NCBI GenBank assembly: GCA_035763805.1
Contig: DASUAL010000039.1
Coordinates: 20,465-84,464, forward strand
DNA: 64,000 nt
Direction of reading: 5' to 3'
From: Gemmatimonadales bacterium
Lineage (GTDB): Bacteria > Gemmatimonadota > Gemmatimonadetes > Gemmatimonadales > GWC2-71-9
This document shows positions 7,487-17,782 of this stretch, piece after piece; position 1 is the first letter of the stretch; each line of letters starts with the position of its first letter. The position numbers were made by a program, and so were the translations under genes. Below the pieces are notes generated by a model. The model was not told the origin of the DNA. It saw nothing but the letters and a program-made list of their open reading frames with translations, and did no database searches.

Positions 7487-10042
7487 TCACCAGTTCAGCC
7501 AGTACGACGCCTTCACGAGGAAGGTGTTGTCCGGATGCAGGTTGAAGAGGTCCCGGAAGTCTCCCGAGAACGACCGCGTTCCCACCCTCGGCAGGAAATC
7601 ATCGCGTCCCTGCGTCCATACGACGAACAGCGTTGAGCCGGGACGGTACTCCCACCGCAGCACGACGTTCGATCGGAACTGCTTGAAGTTCAGTCCGCCG
7701 GGATTGTTGGCGACGGCCGTGTCGGCGTACGGCTGCCAGCGCTCGGCGTACGCCGGCGCGCGGGTGTCCGCGAGTTCGACGACGTTCGAGTACGTCCCCT
7801 TGCTCACGAACGGCTGGGCGTACAGCTGCACGGTCAAGTCGGGCGTGGCGGTATAGTCCACTCGCCAGGTGAGGGACGCGGTTCTCCGGTGGAGGCGGGC
7901 GAAGGTGTAGTGCGTGACGCCCGCCGTGTCGGTGATGTTCCTGAACCACTGCGTGTCGTTCCGGTCGCGCGAGAGGTTGAGGGAGAACGAGGTCGAGAAG
8001 CGGGAAGCCAAGCGCAGAATGAGCTCGGGATTGACGCTCAAGTAGTCCGAGCGCCCCACGTCGCCGCGCCAGTAGTTGATCCACAGGAACGGCACCAGTC
8101 GGTACCGGTCGTCTCCCTCGAACCCGATCCAGGGGGCGATGTACGGATCGACTCGGACCGCCGGCCCGCCGCGCGCGCAGCGATCACAGAACGTCGTGCC
8201 GAGCTGCCCGAGCGTGCCGCCGGCGTGGAGCCACCAGCGATTGTTGAGCTGCACGTGGGCGTTGCTGTTCGCGGCGCGCTCCAGCGCGAGGCCCCCGGCC
8301 GTCCAGTGCTGCCACCAGTTGAAGTTCCAGAACGCCTGCCGGTAGAAGGACCGTGGGCGGTTGAACTGGAAGGCGAACCAGTTATTCCAACTCTGCTGGT
8401 CCGCGCGCAGCAGGAAGCCGAGATCGTTGATCTCGAAACCCGCCGAGCGACGCTGGTAGCTGGTCTCGAAGCGCGTGATCCCCCCGCCCACCTTGGCGAA
8501 GAACAACTCCTGCGCATTCCCCAAAAGCGAAGTCCGGGTCCGGTCGAAGCCAAGCCGTGCGTCGGGCCGCTGGTAGTAGTGCACCGGGTCGAGCTGGGTG
8601 CGCGCGATCGCGCTCGGGCTGCCCGCGACTCGGCTGAAATCGAGCGACCCCGCGATCTGGTATCGGCTCTTCGCGAAGCGGTGCCGGAAGTCAAGGGCTC
8701 CCACGTACGCGCTGCGCCGCAACGAGTCCTCGGTCCAAGAGTCGAGGCTGCGGTTCACCGCCGTCATCATGACGCCGACGCCGCTCTCTCCCTTGCGGAA
8801 GTCCTGCTGAGCACGCGCGGCCGCATAGTTGGTGGTAGGCTCGATGGTACGGTCGAGCACGCCGGCCGCGCGTCCGGTCACAGCCTCCAGCAGACCCAGC
8901 GTGAGCCCGCTCGGCAGGCGGCCGGTCAGTTTGCCGGCCCCGATGATCGTAGTCGCCGTAGGCGAGCTGGCATCCCCGTAGGAGTCCGAGAGCTGGGGTG
9001 ACCGGCCGATGCGCCGGGAATAGAACAAGCCTTCGTCGCTGCAGTTCACCACACTGCAGTTCACGGGGAAGCGGAAGATGCCGGTTCCCTCGACGAAAAA
9101 CGGCCGCCGCTCCGGGAAGAACGTCTCGAACGCCGTGAGGTTCAACACCGCGGGGTCCGCCTCCACCTGCCCGAAATCGGGGTTCGCGGTGGCGTCGAGC
9201 GTCAGGTTGGACGTCAGCCCGTACTTGATGTCCGCGCCGGCCGCGACCCTCTGGGCGCGCTCGAACCCGGTCGCCGTCGCCACCGAAACGTTCTTGGTCA
9301 CGCCGTACGGCGTCACCTCGACCCGGCGCGGCGCGGGCAGCCCCACGAGGCCCGTGAGTTCCCCGAGCTGCGAGGCCAGCCCCGCGCGCGACGGCCGATA
9401 CACCGGCCAGCTCAGGCGCTCCGTGAAGCGCTGGATGTCGCGCCACACCGCGAACCCGAACGTGTTCCTCTGGGAACGCGCGTAGCGCAGCTGCGACAGC
9501 GGGATCCGGAACTCGGCGGTCCAGCCCAGCGAGTCCACTGTCGTCGCCACCTCCCAGACGCCGTCCCACGCGTCGTCCTCATTGGAGTCGTTGTAGATCG
9601 CGTAGTCGCGTTTCACGCCGGCCGGATTCACGGCGAACTCGTAACCGGTGCGCCGGTCGTGGTAGGAGTCGATGATGATCTTGAGCTGGTCCGTCGGAGC
9701 CCGGACGTCGCGCCGGGCGAAGCGCTTCAGGATGCTGTCCGGGCGGGGATCGAAGGCGCGAATGTATACGAAGAAGTTGTGGTCATCGTAGGCGACCTTC
9801 GCCTCCGTGGGGAAGCGGGGATCTCCGTCCTCCCGCGGCGAAAACTCCCGGAATGCCGTGATCGCCGGTGCCTCGCGCCACACCTCGTCGAGATCCTTGC
9901 CGTCGATCACCAGGGGCCGCGGCGCTCGCAGGGCGGCAGCCGTGGTGACCGTCGCCGCGGGCGTCACTTCGTTCCCACGGGGCGGGCTGGCGTACGTTTG
10001 AGCGGCGGCGATGACGGCGAGCGCGGCAACGGCCGGCGCCAT
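7487..10042 (-). CDS. large secreted/outer-membrane protein, CBM9-like N-terminal domain plus DUF5916-like beta-rich region
   Basis: Signal peptide MAPAVAALAVIAAAQTYA. N-terminal segment IDGKDLDEVWREAPAITAFREF..YHDRRTGYEFAVNPAGVKRDY..DDAWDGVWEVAT..WTAEFRIPLSQLRY. C-terminus ends ..FLVKASYWLNW (beta-barrel-like aromatic terminus). Confidence 0.7.
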   Translation of the reverse strand: MAPAVAALAVIAAAQTYASPPRGNEVTPAATVTTAAALRAPRPLVIDGKDLDEVWREAPAITAFREFSPREDGDPRFPTEAKVAYDDHNFFVYIRAFDPRPDSILKRFARRDVRAPTDQLKIIIDSYHDRRTGYEFAVNPAGVKRDYAIYNDSNEDDAWDGVWEVATTVDSLGWTAEFRIPLSQLRYARSQRNTFGFAVWRDIQRFTERLSWPVYRPSRAGLASQLGELTGLVGLPAPRRVEVTPYGVTKNVSVATATGFERAQRVAAGADIKYGLTSNLTLDATANPDFGQVEADPAVLNLTAFETFFPERRPFFVEGTGIFRFPVNCSVVNCSDEGLFYSRRIGRSPQLSDSYGDASSPTATTIIGAGKLTGRLPSGLTLGLLEAVTGRAAGVLDRTIEPTTNYAAARAQQDFRKGESGVGVMMTAVNRSLDSWTEDSLRRSAYVGALDFRHRFAKSRYQIAGSLDFSRVAGSPSAIARTQLDPVHYYQRPDARLGFDRTRTSLLGNAQELFFAKVGGGITRFETSYQRRSAGFEINDLGFLLRADQQSWNNWFAFQFNRPRSFYRQAFWNFNWWQHWTAGGLALERAANSNAHVQLNNRWWLHAGGTLGQLGTTFCDRCARGGPAVRVDPYIAPWIGFEGDDRYRLVPFLWINYWRGDVGRSDYLSVNPELILRLASRFSTSFSLNLSRDRNDTQWFRNITDTAGVTHYTFARLHRRTASLTWRVDYTATPDLTVQLYAQPFVSKGTYSNVVELADTRAPAYAERWQPYADTAVANNPGGLNFKQFRSNVVLRWEYRPGSTLFVVWTQGRDDFLPRVGTRSFSGDFRDLFNLHPDNTFLVKASYWLNW

Positions 10043-10152
10043 GGCGGTCCTCCCGGGTGTCCGGAGACCTTAGACGCTCCGGCGGGAAAAAAGGTTGCAG
10101 GGAGGGACACGAAGCCTCCGGGACGGGCGCCCGGGGGCTGGGGGGACTGCGG

Positions 10153-12582
10153 TTAGTGCTCTTTTGCCACCAGGCTGGGCTCGATTGGCGCCTCGCCTTC
10201 GAACACCAGGTGGCCCGCCTCGAATCGGGCGCCGCGCAGCGCCAGGCTCAGCACCTCGCCCAGCTCCTCCACGAGGTGGATGTCCAGCGCCTTGCGCACG
10301 TCCTCGGGCAGGTCGTCGAGGTCGGCCTCGTTCTCCCTGGGGAGCACGATCGTCTGGATCCCCGCCCGGACGGCGCCCAGCACCTTCTCCTTCACGCCAC
10401 CGATCGGAAGCACCCTGCCACGCAGCGTGATCTCGCCGGTCATCGCGACGTCGTGGCGCGTCGGTCGCCGCGACAACGCGGAGACGAGCGCGGTCGCCAT
10501 GGTCACGCCCGCTGAGGGACCGTCCTTCGGGATGGCGCCTGCCGGCACGTGGATGTGGACGTCGATGTCGACGAGCGCTTCCTCCGGAATGCCGAGCTGG
10601 TCCGCGTGACTCTTCGCGTAAGTGAGCGCCGCGCGCGCAGACTCCTTCATCACGTCCCCGAGCTGGCCCGTGAGCACGAGCTCGCCCCTGCCGCGCATCA
10701 CGCTCGCCTCGACGAACATGATGTCGCCGCCTACCGGGGTGTAGTACATGCCCGTCGCGACGCCCACCTGGTCCTCGCGCGCCTTGCGCTCGGGATGGAC
10801 CTTGGGACGGCCGAGGAGGTCGTCCACATCTTTTGCGTCCACGGTCAGGCGCTCCGCCTCGCGGTCGGCGATCTTGCGCGCAACCTTGCGGCCGAGCTTG
10901 CCGATCTCACGCTCGAGCTGGCGCACGCCCGCCTCACGCGTGTAGCTCGTGATGATCTCGCCCAGCGCCGCGTCGGTGATCGCCAGCTGCTCCGGGCTGA
11001 GGCCGGTCTCAAAGAGCTGTCGCGGCACGAGGTAGCGTTTCGCGATCTCGAGCTTCTCGCGCTCGGTGTAGCCCGCGAAGTTCACCGTCTCGAGCCGGTC
11101 GAGCAGCGGCGCCGGGATGGATTGGATGAAGTTCGCCGTCGCGATGAACAGCACCTCAGACAGGTCGAACGGCACCCCCAGGTAGTGGTCGGTGAACGAA
11201 TCGTTCTGCGCTGGATCCAACACCTCGAGCAGCGCCGCCGCGGGGTCGCCCTGGAAGGACACGCCCAGCTTGTCCACCTCGTCGAGCAGGAAGACAGGGT
11301 TCTTCGCACCGGCCTGCTTCATCCCCTGGATGATCCGCCCCGGCATCGCGCCGACGTAGGTGCGCCGGTGGCCGCGGATGTCCGCTTCATCGCGGGCGCC
11401 ACCCAGGGAGATGCGAACGTAGGGGCGACCGCTCGCGCGCGCGATCGACTTCGCGATCGACGTCTTGCCCACGCCCGGTGGTCCCGCGAACAGCAGGATC
11501 GACCCCTTCGGCTGCTTGTCGTCCTCGTTGCCCCGGGCCTCACCCTGCGGCGTCCGTTGCCGCAGCTGCCGCACCGCCAGGAACTCGAGCACCTGGTCTT
11601 TTACGTCCTTCAAACCGTAATGGTCCTCCTCGAGGATCTCGGCGGCGCGCTTCAGGTCGAGCGACTCCTCGGCCCGCTTGTTCCACGGCAGCTCGGCCAT
11701 CGTTTCGAGGTACGTGCGGATGACCTGGGCCTCCATCGAGTCCCGGCTCGCCCGCTCGAACCGGTGGAGCTCACGCTCCACTTCCTTCTTTGCCGCCTCG
11801 GGGAGCTCCAACGCCGCGAAGCGCTTGCGCAACTCCTCGACCTCGCTCGCCTCGTCCTCCTCACCGAGCTCCTTGCGGATCGCCTTCATTTGCTCGCGCA
11901 GGAACATCTCACGCTGGCGCTCGCCTAGTTCCTCCTGCACCTGCGACTTGATCTGTTCCTGGGCATCGAGCACGCCGATCTGGCGCTGGACCAGCACGAG
12001 CACGCGACGCAGCCGGTCCTCGACCGACAGCGTCTCGAGCAACGCCTGCCGCTCGGGGGACTTCACGTCGAGGTAGCCCGCGACGAGGTCCGCGAGACGG
12101 CCCGGATCAGTCACGCCCTCGAGCACCTGGCGCACGACCTCCTCCGGGAGCCCGGACTTCTGGCCCAGCTCCGCGGCGCGCTCACGCGCCTCCCGGTGCA
12201 GGGCGACGAAGGCGGGGTCGTCGGGGTTGACCGGCGGGAGGTCCGCCACTTCGCGCACGTCGGCCTCCACGTAGCCACCGGTCTCGACGTAGTGGAGCGC
12301 GGTGCCCCGCGTCTCGCCGTGCAGCAGCAACTGCACGCCGCCGAGCCCGCGCTGGATCTGGCTGATCTTGGCGACGGTCCCCATGGTGTACAGCATGCCG
12401 GGAGTCACGGGGTCGACGTTCTCGCGCTGCGCGACGGCGAAGATCAGTCGCGACTCGCCCTTGAGCGCCGCCTCGATGGCGCGGAGCGTAGCCGGGCGCC
12501 CCGCGCCGATGGGCGTGGCGACGCCGGGGAATAGCACGACGTCCCGGAGCGGGAGCACAGGGAGCGTCATGCGCTCAGACAC
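10153..12582 (-). CDS. lon: ATP-dependent Lon protease (endopeptidase La)
   Basis: LPVLPLRDVVLFPG N-domain, Walker A GPPGVGKTS, protease motif DGPSAGVTMATALVSAL, full-length 809 aa. Start is GTG 12582 (alternative ATG 12570). Confidence 0.95.
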   Translation of the reverse strand: MSERMTLPVLPLRDVVLFPGVATPIGAGRPATLRAIEAALKGESRLIFAVAQRENVDPVTPGMLYTMGTVAKISQIQRGLGGVQLLLHGETRGTALHYVETGGYVEADVREVADLPPVNPDDPAFVALHREARERAAELGQKSGLPEEVVRQVLEGVTDPGRLADLVAGYLDVKSPERQALLETLSVEDRLRRVLVLVQRQIGVLDAQEQIKSQVQEELGERQREMFLREQMKAIRKELGEEDEASEVEELRKRFAALELPEAAKKEVERELHRFERASRDSMEAQVIRTYLETMAELPWNKRAEESLDLKRAAEILEEDHYGLKDVKDQVLEFLAVRQLRQRTPQGEARGNEDDKQPKGSILLFAGPPGVGKTSIAKSIARASGRPYVRISLGGARDEADIRGHRRTYVGAMPGRIIQGMKQAGAKNPVFLLDEVDKLGVSFQGDPAAALLEVLDPAQNDSFTDHYLGVPFDLSEVLFIATANFIQSIPAPLLDRLETVNFAGYTEREKLEIAKRYLVPRQLFETGLSPEQLAITDAALGEIITSYTREAGVRQLEREIGKLGRKVARKIADREAERLTVDAKDVDDLLGRPKVHPERKAREDQVGVATGMYYTPVGGDIMFVEASVMRGRGELVLTGQLGDVMKESARAALTYAKSHADQLGIPEEALVDIDVHIHVPAGAIPKDGPSAGVTMATALVSALSRRPTRHDVAMTGEITLRGRVLPIGGVKEKVLGAVRAGIQTIVLPRENEADLDDLPEDVRKALDIHLVEELGEVLSLALRGARFEAGHLVFEGEAPIEPSLVAKEH

Positions 12583-12674
12583 GGGTTGTATCTCGCATAG
12601 ATGGGATCATAGCATCGTCCGTGCCATCAATGAACGCTAACGAGGGCGACCCTGTTCCGGTCGCCGCGGCCAAT

Positions 12675-12771
12675 TAGGCAGAGACTGCCTATTAGCCATC
12701 AGCCTCTAGCCCATGAGCCGTCAGGCTGGCACTCGCCGTTGCCTGCTGAAGGCTGAGAGCATGATGGCTAA
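12675..12771. other. nested inverted repeats (structured element) in the lon / kinase divergent intergenic region
   Basis: Hairpin TAGGCAG-aga-CTGCCTA (12675-12691). Long-range IR TTAGCCATCAGCCTCT (12692-12707) versus AGAGCATGATGGCTAA (12756-12771), 14/16 complementary. Inner pairs CAGGC/GCCTG and TCAGCCT/AGGCTGA. Confidence 0.3.
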
Positions 12772-12866
12772 TGGCCCGCTACACTGACGTAAGTCCAGAC
12801 CCATCGAAAGGTTGCACGCTCGCGTCGCCGCGGCTAAATCTATGCGCGCACGTTTCACGAACCGGG

Positions 12867-14693
12867 ATGAACGAAGCCGATAGGTCGCTATTCGCCCGCC
12901 TGATCCAGGCGCTGGGAAGCTCGTACACCGTCGACGGGGAGATCGGCCGCGGGGGGATGGGCGTTGTGTACAACGCCCGCGACGAGCGGCTCAAGCGGCA
13001 GGTGGCAATCAAGGTGCTCCCGCCCGAGCTCGCCTTCCGCGAAGAGATCCGGATGCGCTTCTTGCGCGAGGCGGAGACGGCCGCCCGTCTGTCGCACCCT
13101 CACATCGTGCCGATCTATTCGGTCGGAGAGGGTCCGGACGGACTCGTGTATTTCATCATGGCGTACGTAGACGGCGAGTCCCTCGCCGCCAAGCTCAAGC
13201 GCCGCGGCCGGCTGCCGCCCGATGAAGCACGCCGCATCATGCTCGAGACCGCCGACGCGCTGGGCGCCGCGCACGCATTCGGCATCATCCACCGCGACGT
13301 CAAGCCGGACAACATCCTGCTCGAGGGCAGCCGCGGCCGGGTCGTCGTGACCGACTTCGGCATCGCCAAGGCGCTGTCGTCCAGCACCGGCCCTCAGACG
13401 CTGACGGCGACGGGGGTGGCCATCGGAACGCCACACTACATGAGTCCCGAGCAGGCCGCGGGCGACCGCGAGATCGACGGGCGTTCGGACATCTACAGCC
13501 TCGGCGTGGTGAGCTTCCAGATGCTCGCGGGCGAGCTGCCGTTTCACGCGCCGACCGTGCCCGGAATCTTGATGAAGCACATCACCGAGCAGGCGCCGCT
13601 CGTCTCGGAGAGGCGTCCGGACGTCCCGGAGGACCTCGCCGCATGCGTGATGCGCTGTCTCGAGAAGGAGCCCGACGACCGCTGGCCCACGGCCGACGCC
13701 CTGCGGCGCGCCCTCGAGGCGCGCAGCGCCACGATGTACCGCTCGCGCCGCCCGGCCGCCGCCTCGCGCGGGCCGCGACTTCCGCGGCCCGCGGCCGCTC
13801 CGCTTCCCCGGAGCCCGGACATCGGGCGTCGTCCGAGCCGCCGGCAACGTGAAACGCCGCAACTCGCGCCTGGGGGCGAACCCGCGATCGTGCGCAAAGC
13901 CCGCTCGAGTATCGTGTCGTGGGCATCCGTGGCGGGCGGCTGCATGCTGTTCGACGCCGCCACGGGCTGGAACGGGTGGTCGCTGTTCGTTGCAGTTCCG
14001 TGGGGTGCCTTCGGCATCCTGCCGATGTACATGAAGCTATGGAGTGCGGGCTACTCCTGGCGTGACGTGCTGCATCGCCCCGCGGCGCCCGAATCGGCCG
14101 AAGCGCAGCTCGCGGCGGCTGGATCGCGGCCCCTGGACCTGCCGCAGGCGACAACCGGCGAGTTCGGCCGACAGGCGGCGGCCGTCCAGCAGGCCCGGAG
14201 CGACCGCAAGGCGATCCTCAAGATCATGGAGCGCCTGCCCAAGTCCGAGAGGAAGCTGCTACCGGACGTCGTCGCCACGGTGGACGGTCTGCTCAAGCGG
14301 GCCGAGGACCTCGCCAGGACCCTGCACGCGATGAGCGCCGACGTGGACGAGGGCGCGCTCGCGCGCCTCGAGGGGAAGATCGGGGCGACCAAGCAGGAGC
14401 CCGAGAGCCCGGAGCGGGAGCGCCAGCTGAACCTGCTGCAGCGGCAGCGTCAGGCGTTGACCGACCTGCTCACGCGCCGGCAACTCGTGGAGGACCAGAT
14501 CGAGTCGTGCATGATCGCGATGCAGAACGTCCGGTTCGACCTGTTGCGGCTCAGGTCGGCGGGCGTGGCGGCGGTGCTGGACGACCTCACCCACGCCACC
14601 CAGCAGGCGCGCGCGCTGTCGCGGGATGTCGACCACGTGATCGCGGCCGCGGGCGAAATCAAGCAGGCGCTAGGGGAGCAGAGGGGCGTCTAA
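12867..14693 (+). CDS. Ser/Thr protein kinase with Pro/Arg-rich linker, two TM helices and C-terminal coiled-coil domain
   Basis: ATG 12867 (in frame with track ORF 12771). GEIGRGGMGVVYNARDERLKRQVAIKVL, HRDVKPDNILL, DFGIAK, MSPEQ. TM pair near SWASVAGGCMLFDAATGW / SLFVAVPWGAFGILPMYMKLW. C-terminal heptad-rich about 180 aa. Confidence 0.85.
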   Translation: MNEADRSLFARLIQALGSSYTVDGEIGRGGMGVVYNARDERLKRQVAIKVLPPELAFREEIRMRFLREAETAARLSHPHIVPIYSVGEGPDGLVYFIMAYVDGESLAAKLKRRGRLPPDEARRIMLETADALGAAHAFGIIHRDVKPDNILLEGSRGRVVVTDFGIAKALSSSTGPQTLTATGVAIGTPHYMSPEQAAGDREIDGRSDIYSLGVVSFQMLAGELPFHAPTVPGILMKHITEQAPLVSERRPDVPEDLAACVMRCLEKEPDDRWPTADALRRALEARSATMYRSRRPAAASRGPRLPRPAAAPLPRSPDIGRRPSRRQRETPQLAPGGEPAIVRKARSSIVSWASVAGGCMLFDAATGWNGWSLFVAVPWGAFGILPMYMKLWSAGYSWRDVLHRPAAPESAEAQLAAAGSRPLDLPQATTGEFGRQAAAVQQARSDRKAILKIMERLPKSERKLLPDVVATVDGLLKRAEDLARTLHAMSADVDEGALARLEGKIGATKQEPESPERERQLNLLQRQRQALTDLLTRRQLVEDQIESCMIAMQNVRFDLLRLRSAGVAAVLDDLTHATQQARALSRDVDHVIAAAGEIKQALGEQRGV

Positions 14694-17600
14694 GGTCGTT
14701 CCCCGCGGCTGCAGCGCGCCACCGACTCCGGCGCTTCCGCCACCCGAATCCCGAACTCCAGCAGCGCGAGAAAATGCGCACTTGCCTCGGAGCATTGACC
14801 GAGGCGCAGAGCCGCGGTGGCCCGCAGCGCGTACAAGCGCGCCCACCCCGGCCGCACCGCCAACGCCTCGACCAGCAGGCTGTCCGCGAGGTCGGGCGGC
14901 CCGTGGTTGGCGAACCGCCTCAGAACTTCGCCCAGCGCGTCGACCGGCAGCGGACGTCGATAGGTGCCCGAACCGACCGCGAGCGCCGCCCGCACGCCCC
15001 GCCCCGCCTCGGCCCAGCGGCCCTCCACGGCGGCGAAACCCGCGAGCTTGGCCCGGACCGCCGCGGTGTCCCCTCCGCGCGCGAGGGCGGCGGTGAGCAG
15101 CTCGCGGGTTCGTACGGTGTCCCCGCGCCGCTCCGCCACGGCGGCGGCCACGCGCAACGCCTCCGGGTGCCGAGCGCGTGTCAGAAGCGCGGGGAGGACG
15201 CTGTCGGCGTACGTACTGTCGCCCAGTTCCAACCGCACCTGCGCCACTCGCACGGCCCAGATCGGGTCCTCCGGGCGGGATTGATGCGCCGCCTCGATCA
15301 CCGCCCGGCGGGCAGGCGACACGCCCGGCGCCGTCACGGCCCTCGCCAGCTGGACCGGCGAGCCACCGGGCGTCTCGCCGGCCGAGGCGGCGATCGCGAG
15401 CAGGGAATCGAAGACCGGCCCGGCACCGGGCGGATCGAGGAAGCGGCGCGCGGCGACGAACTCGAGCTCGGGCCGATCGTCCCGGTGGACGAGGGTCGCC
15501 CGGGCGCTGAGCCATGCGGCGCCCGCGTCGCCGAGCAAGCGGCGCCCGAAGTAGTCGCCCACCGAATCGATCCCCAGCCATTCATGACCCAGCTCGCCGA
15601 TCGACGTGGCCGGGGCGAGCAGCCGTTCGAGCCACGTCCGGTCGTAGCGGATGGGGCGGCCGGAAGCGATGATCAGCACATCGACACTGTTCGAAAACCA
15701 GAGCTCCACCTGGGGAAACACTTCGCGCACGTTGCGCACGATCCCGGCGACGATGGGCAGCGGAAGCTGATACAGCTGCATCCACTGGCAGAATACGCCG
15801 TCGTCGGCGAGCCGGGTCCGCAAGAGGTGGAAGAACTCGGGTGTGTAGAGCGTCGCGACCCCTGCAACCCAGGGGTTTGACGGCTCGGAGGTGATGACGT
15901 CGAAGCGCTCGTCGTGCAGCTGCAGAGCGCTGCGTGCATCGTCCGCCACGACCGTGACCTCCGGGCGCTCCAGCACGGAGTGGTTGACGCTGGCGAAGTA
16001 CGGGCTCGCCCCGAGCACGGCGGGCTCGATCTCCACGATGCGCAGCCGCCGCATGCCGGGGACGTCCGCGAGGACGCGCGCCGTGACGCCGCTGCCATAG
16101 CCGATCACCAGGGCTGAGGACGCGCCTGCGCGGGCGGCCGCCGGCGCCAGCCCGGAGAGGATCTGGGTATTCATGTCCGCGTAATCGGACGCGTCGACCT
16201 TCCCGTTCACCCGCAGCGAGCGACCAATCGACGTCTCCCACACGCTGACCGTGGCGTTCCAGCCTTCCTGGAAGGCGAGCTGACGGGAGCCGGCATGAGT
16301 GAGGAACGCCTGCCGCTCGGCCGCGTTCATCGGCGCGCGTCCGTAGATCGTCGGAGCCAGATCGATGAGCCTGCTGCTCCACCCGGGGGCGGCGAGCGCG
16401 ACTCCGAGCGCGACGCTCGCGAGCGCGCCGGCCCCGAGCACCCGGACGCGCAGCGCCCGGTGCTCGGCGGACCGTTCTGCGACGCCGCGCGCGGCGAAGC
16501 CGGCGAGCACGAGCGCGGCGACGCCGTTGATGACGAGGCCGATGCGGAGCGTGGTCTCGCTGCCGAGCGCGACGACCAGCACGAAGCCGGTGAGCACGGC
16601 GCCGGCGATGGCGCCGAGCGTATTCAGGCCGTAGGCCCGGCCTACGTCTGCGCCGCGTGCCGCGTCCGGGCGGGCGGTGAGATCCGTCAACAGCGGGAAG
16701 GTCAACCCCATCCCGATGGCGGGGATCAGCACGACGCTGCCGACTGCTACACCCATGAGCAACAGGCGTGTCGACGCGTCGAAGCCTTGGTGCTGGAATA
16801 CCGCAAGGACGTATCGGGGAAGGACGCTGAAGAACAGCAGGAGCAAGGCGGCACCCGCACCGGTGACGCCCTGCGCCAGCGCCGCAGCAGCGGCGGTCTC
16901 CGAACGGGCCGTAGCCCGTCGTCCGACCAGCGCGCTCCCGAGGCCGATGCCGAGCAGGAACACCAGCAGCACCAGGGTAAACGCGTACGTTGACCCGCCG
17001 ACGACCATGACCAGCACCCGGGTCCAGGCGATCTCATTGAGGAGCGACGCGAACGCCGTGCAGGCAAGCAGTGCGAGCGCCGTGACCGCCAGCGCGTCGC
17101 GACGGCCGGCTGGGGCGACGGCGGGGAGCACGGGGGGGGGCGGCTCGGGACTGGGCGGGAGGGGCCGCGCCAACGCGATCGCCGCAAGCCCGAGGATGAT
17201 GTTAATGGCCGCCGTGCCCCAGAGCGAGAGGCGGATCCCCGCGAGCTCGATCAGGACGAACCCCGCGAGGGCCGTGCCCGCCATGGCACCGAGCGTGTTG
17301 AGGCCATACAGCCGTCCGAGCGAAGGTTTGAGCGCCCCGCGATCCACGCCCGTGAACGCGCGCGTCAGTACGGGAAGCGTGCCACCCATGAGCGTCGTGG
17401 GGACGAGGAGCACGAGCGCGGCGAGCCCGAACCGCAGGGCGACACTCGCCCCGCCTGAGAGCGGCCACGCGCTCGCGGCGCCGACGTAGACACGGTGCGC
17501 GAGCCCCAGCACCAGCGGCGAGACGAGGCCGAAGACGCCGATCGCGATCTCGAGCACACCGTACAGGGCGGCGGGCCGCGGGTGCCGGTCGACGTGCCGT

Positions 17601-17782
17601 CCCAGCAACCAGGCGCCCAGGCCGAGGCCGCCCATATAGGCGGCCACGACCGTCGTCACCGACTGAATGGTGGAGCCAAACGTCTGGTACAGGAGCCGAA
17701 CCCACAGCAGCTCGTAGACGAGCCCCGTGGCCCCTGACAAGAAGAAGAGGAGTCCGAAGGCGCGAGCGGCACTAGAACGCAT
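14690..17782 (-). CDS. fused MFS-like membrane domain / spermidine-synthase-like domain / C-terminal TPR protein
   Basis: ATG at 17782 (codon 55 of track ORF) gives [36 protein letters not shown]. There are many TM segments. The aminopropyltransferase-like core has [14 protein letters not shown] and [25 protein letters not shown]-terminal repeats are Ala/Leu/Arg-rich and TPR-like. Confidence 0.8.
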   Translation of the reverse strand: MRSSAARAFGLLFFLSGATGLVYELLWVRLLYQTFGSTIQSVTTVVAAYMGGLGLGAWLLGRHVDRHPRPAALYGVLEIAIGVFGLVSPLVLGLAHRVYVGAASAWPLSGGASVALRFGLAALVLLVPTTLMGGTLPVLTRAFTGVDRGALKPSLGRLYGLNTLGAMAGTALAGFVLIELAGIRLSLWGTAAINIILGLAAIALARPLPPSPEPPPPVLPAVAPAGRRDALAVTALALLACTAFASLLNEIAWTRVLVMVVGGSTYAFTLVLLVFLLGIGLGSALVGRRATARSETAAAAALAQGVTGAGAALLLLFFSVLPRYVLAVFQHQGFDASTRLLLMGVAVGSVVLIPAIGMGLTFPLLTDLTARPDAARGADVGRAYGLNTLGAIAGAVLTGFVLVVALGSETTLRIGLVINGVAALVLAGFAARGVAERSAEHRALRVRVLGAGALASVALGVALAAPGWSSRLIDLAPTIYGRAPMNAAERQAFLTHAGSRQLAFQEGWNATVSVWETSIGRSLRVNGKVDASDYADMNTQILSGLAPAAARAGASSALVIGYGSGVTARVLADVPGMRRLRIVEIEPAVLGASPYFASVNHSVLERPEVTVVADDARSALQLHDERFDVITSEPSNPWVAGVATLYTPEFFHLLRTRLADDGVFCQWMQLYQLPLPIVAGIVRNVREVFPQVELWFSNSVDVLIIASGRPIRYDRTWLERLLAPATSIGELGHEWLGIDSVGDYFGRRLLGDAGAAWLSARATLVHRDDRPELEFVAARRFLDPPGAGPVFDSLLAIAASAGETPGGSPVQLARAVTAPGVSPARRAVIEAAHQSRPEDPIWAVRVAQVRLELGDSTYADSVLPALLTRARHPEALRVAAAVAERRGDTVRTRELLTAALARGGDTAAVRAKLAGFAAVEGRWAEAGRGVRAALAVGSGTYRRPLPVDALGEVLRRFANHGPPDLADSLLVEALAVRPGWARLYALRATAALRLGQCSEASAHFLALLEFGIRVAEAPESVARCSRGERP

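Noticed and set aside
10061-10091. CCGGAG-N10-CTCCGG hairpin next to an A6/T6 run as the lon terminator.
   Set aside because: On the lon (minus) transcript the T-run precedes rather than follows this hairpin. The alternative GGAGG/CCTCC stem is only 5 bp and lies 8 nt from the T-run. This is too weak to call.
12692-12771. CIRCE-like heat-shock operator upstream of lon (TTAGCCATC ... GATGGCTAA resembles TTAGCACTC-N9-GAGTGCTAA).
   Set aside because: The outer pentamers match, but the half-sites are 62 nt apart instead of 9 and the inner bases differ. This is not a credible HrcA site, so I kept it only as an unexplained structured element.
12852-12859. GTTTCACG upstream of the kinase start as a third parS.
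   Set aside because: Only the left half-site is present (GTTTCACGAACCGG). No palindrome means no parS call.
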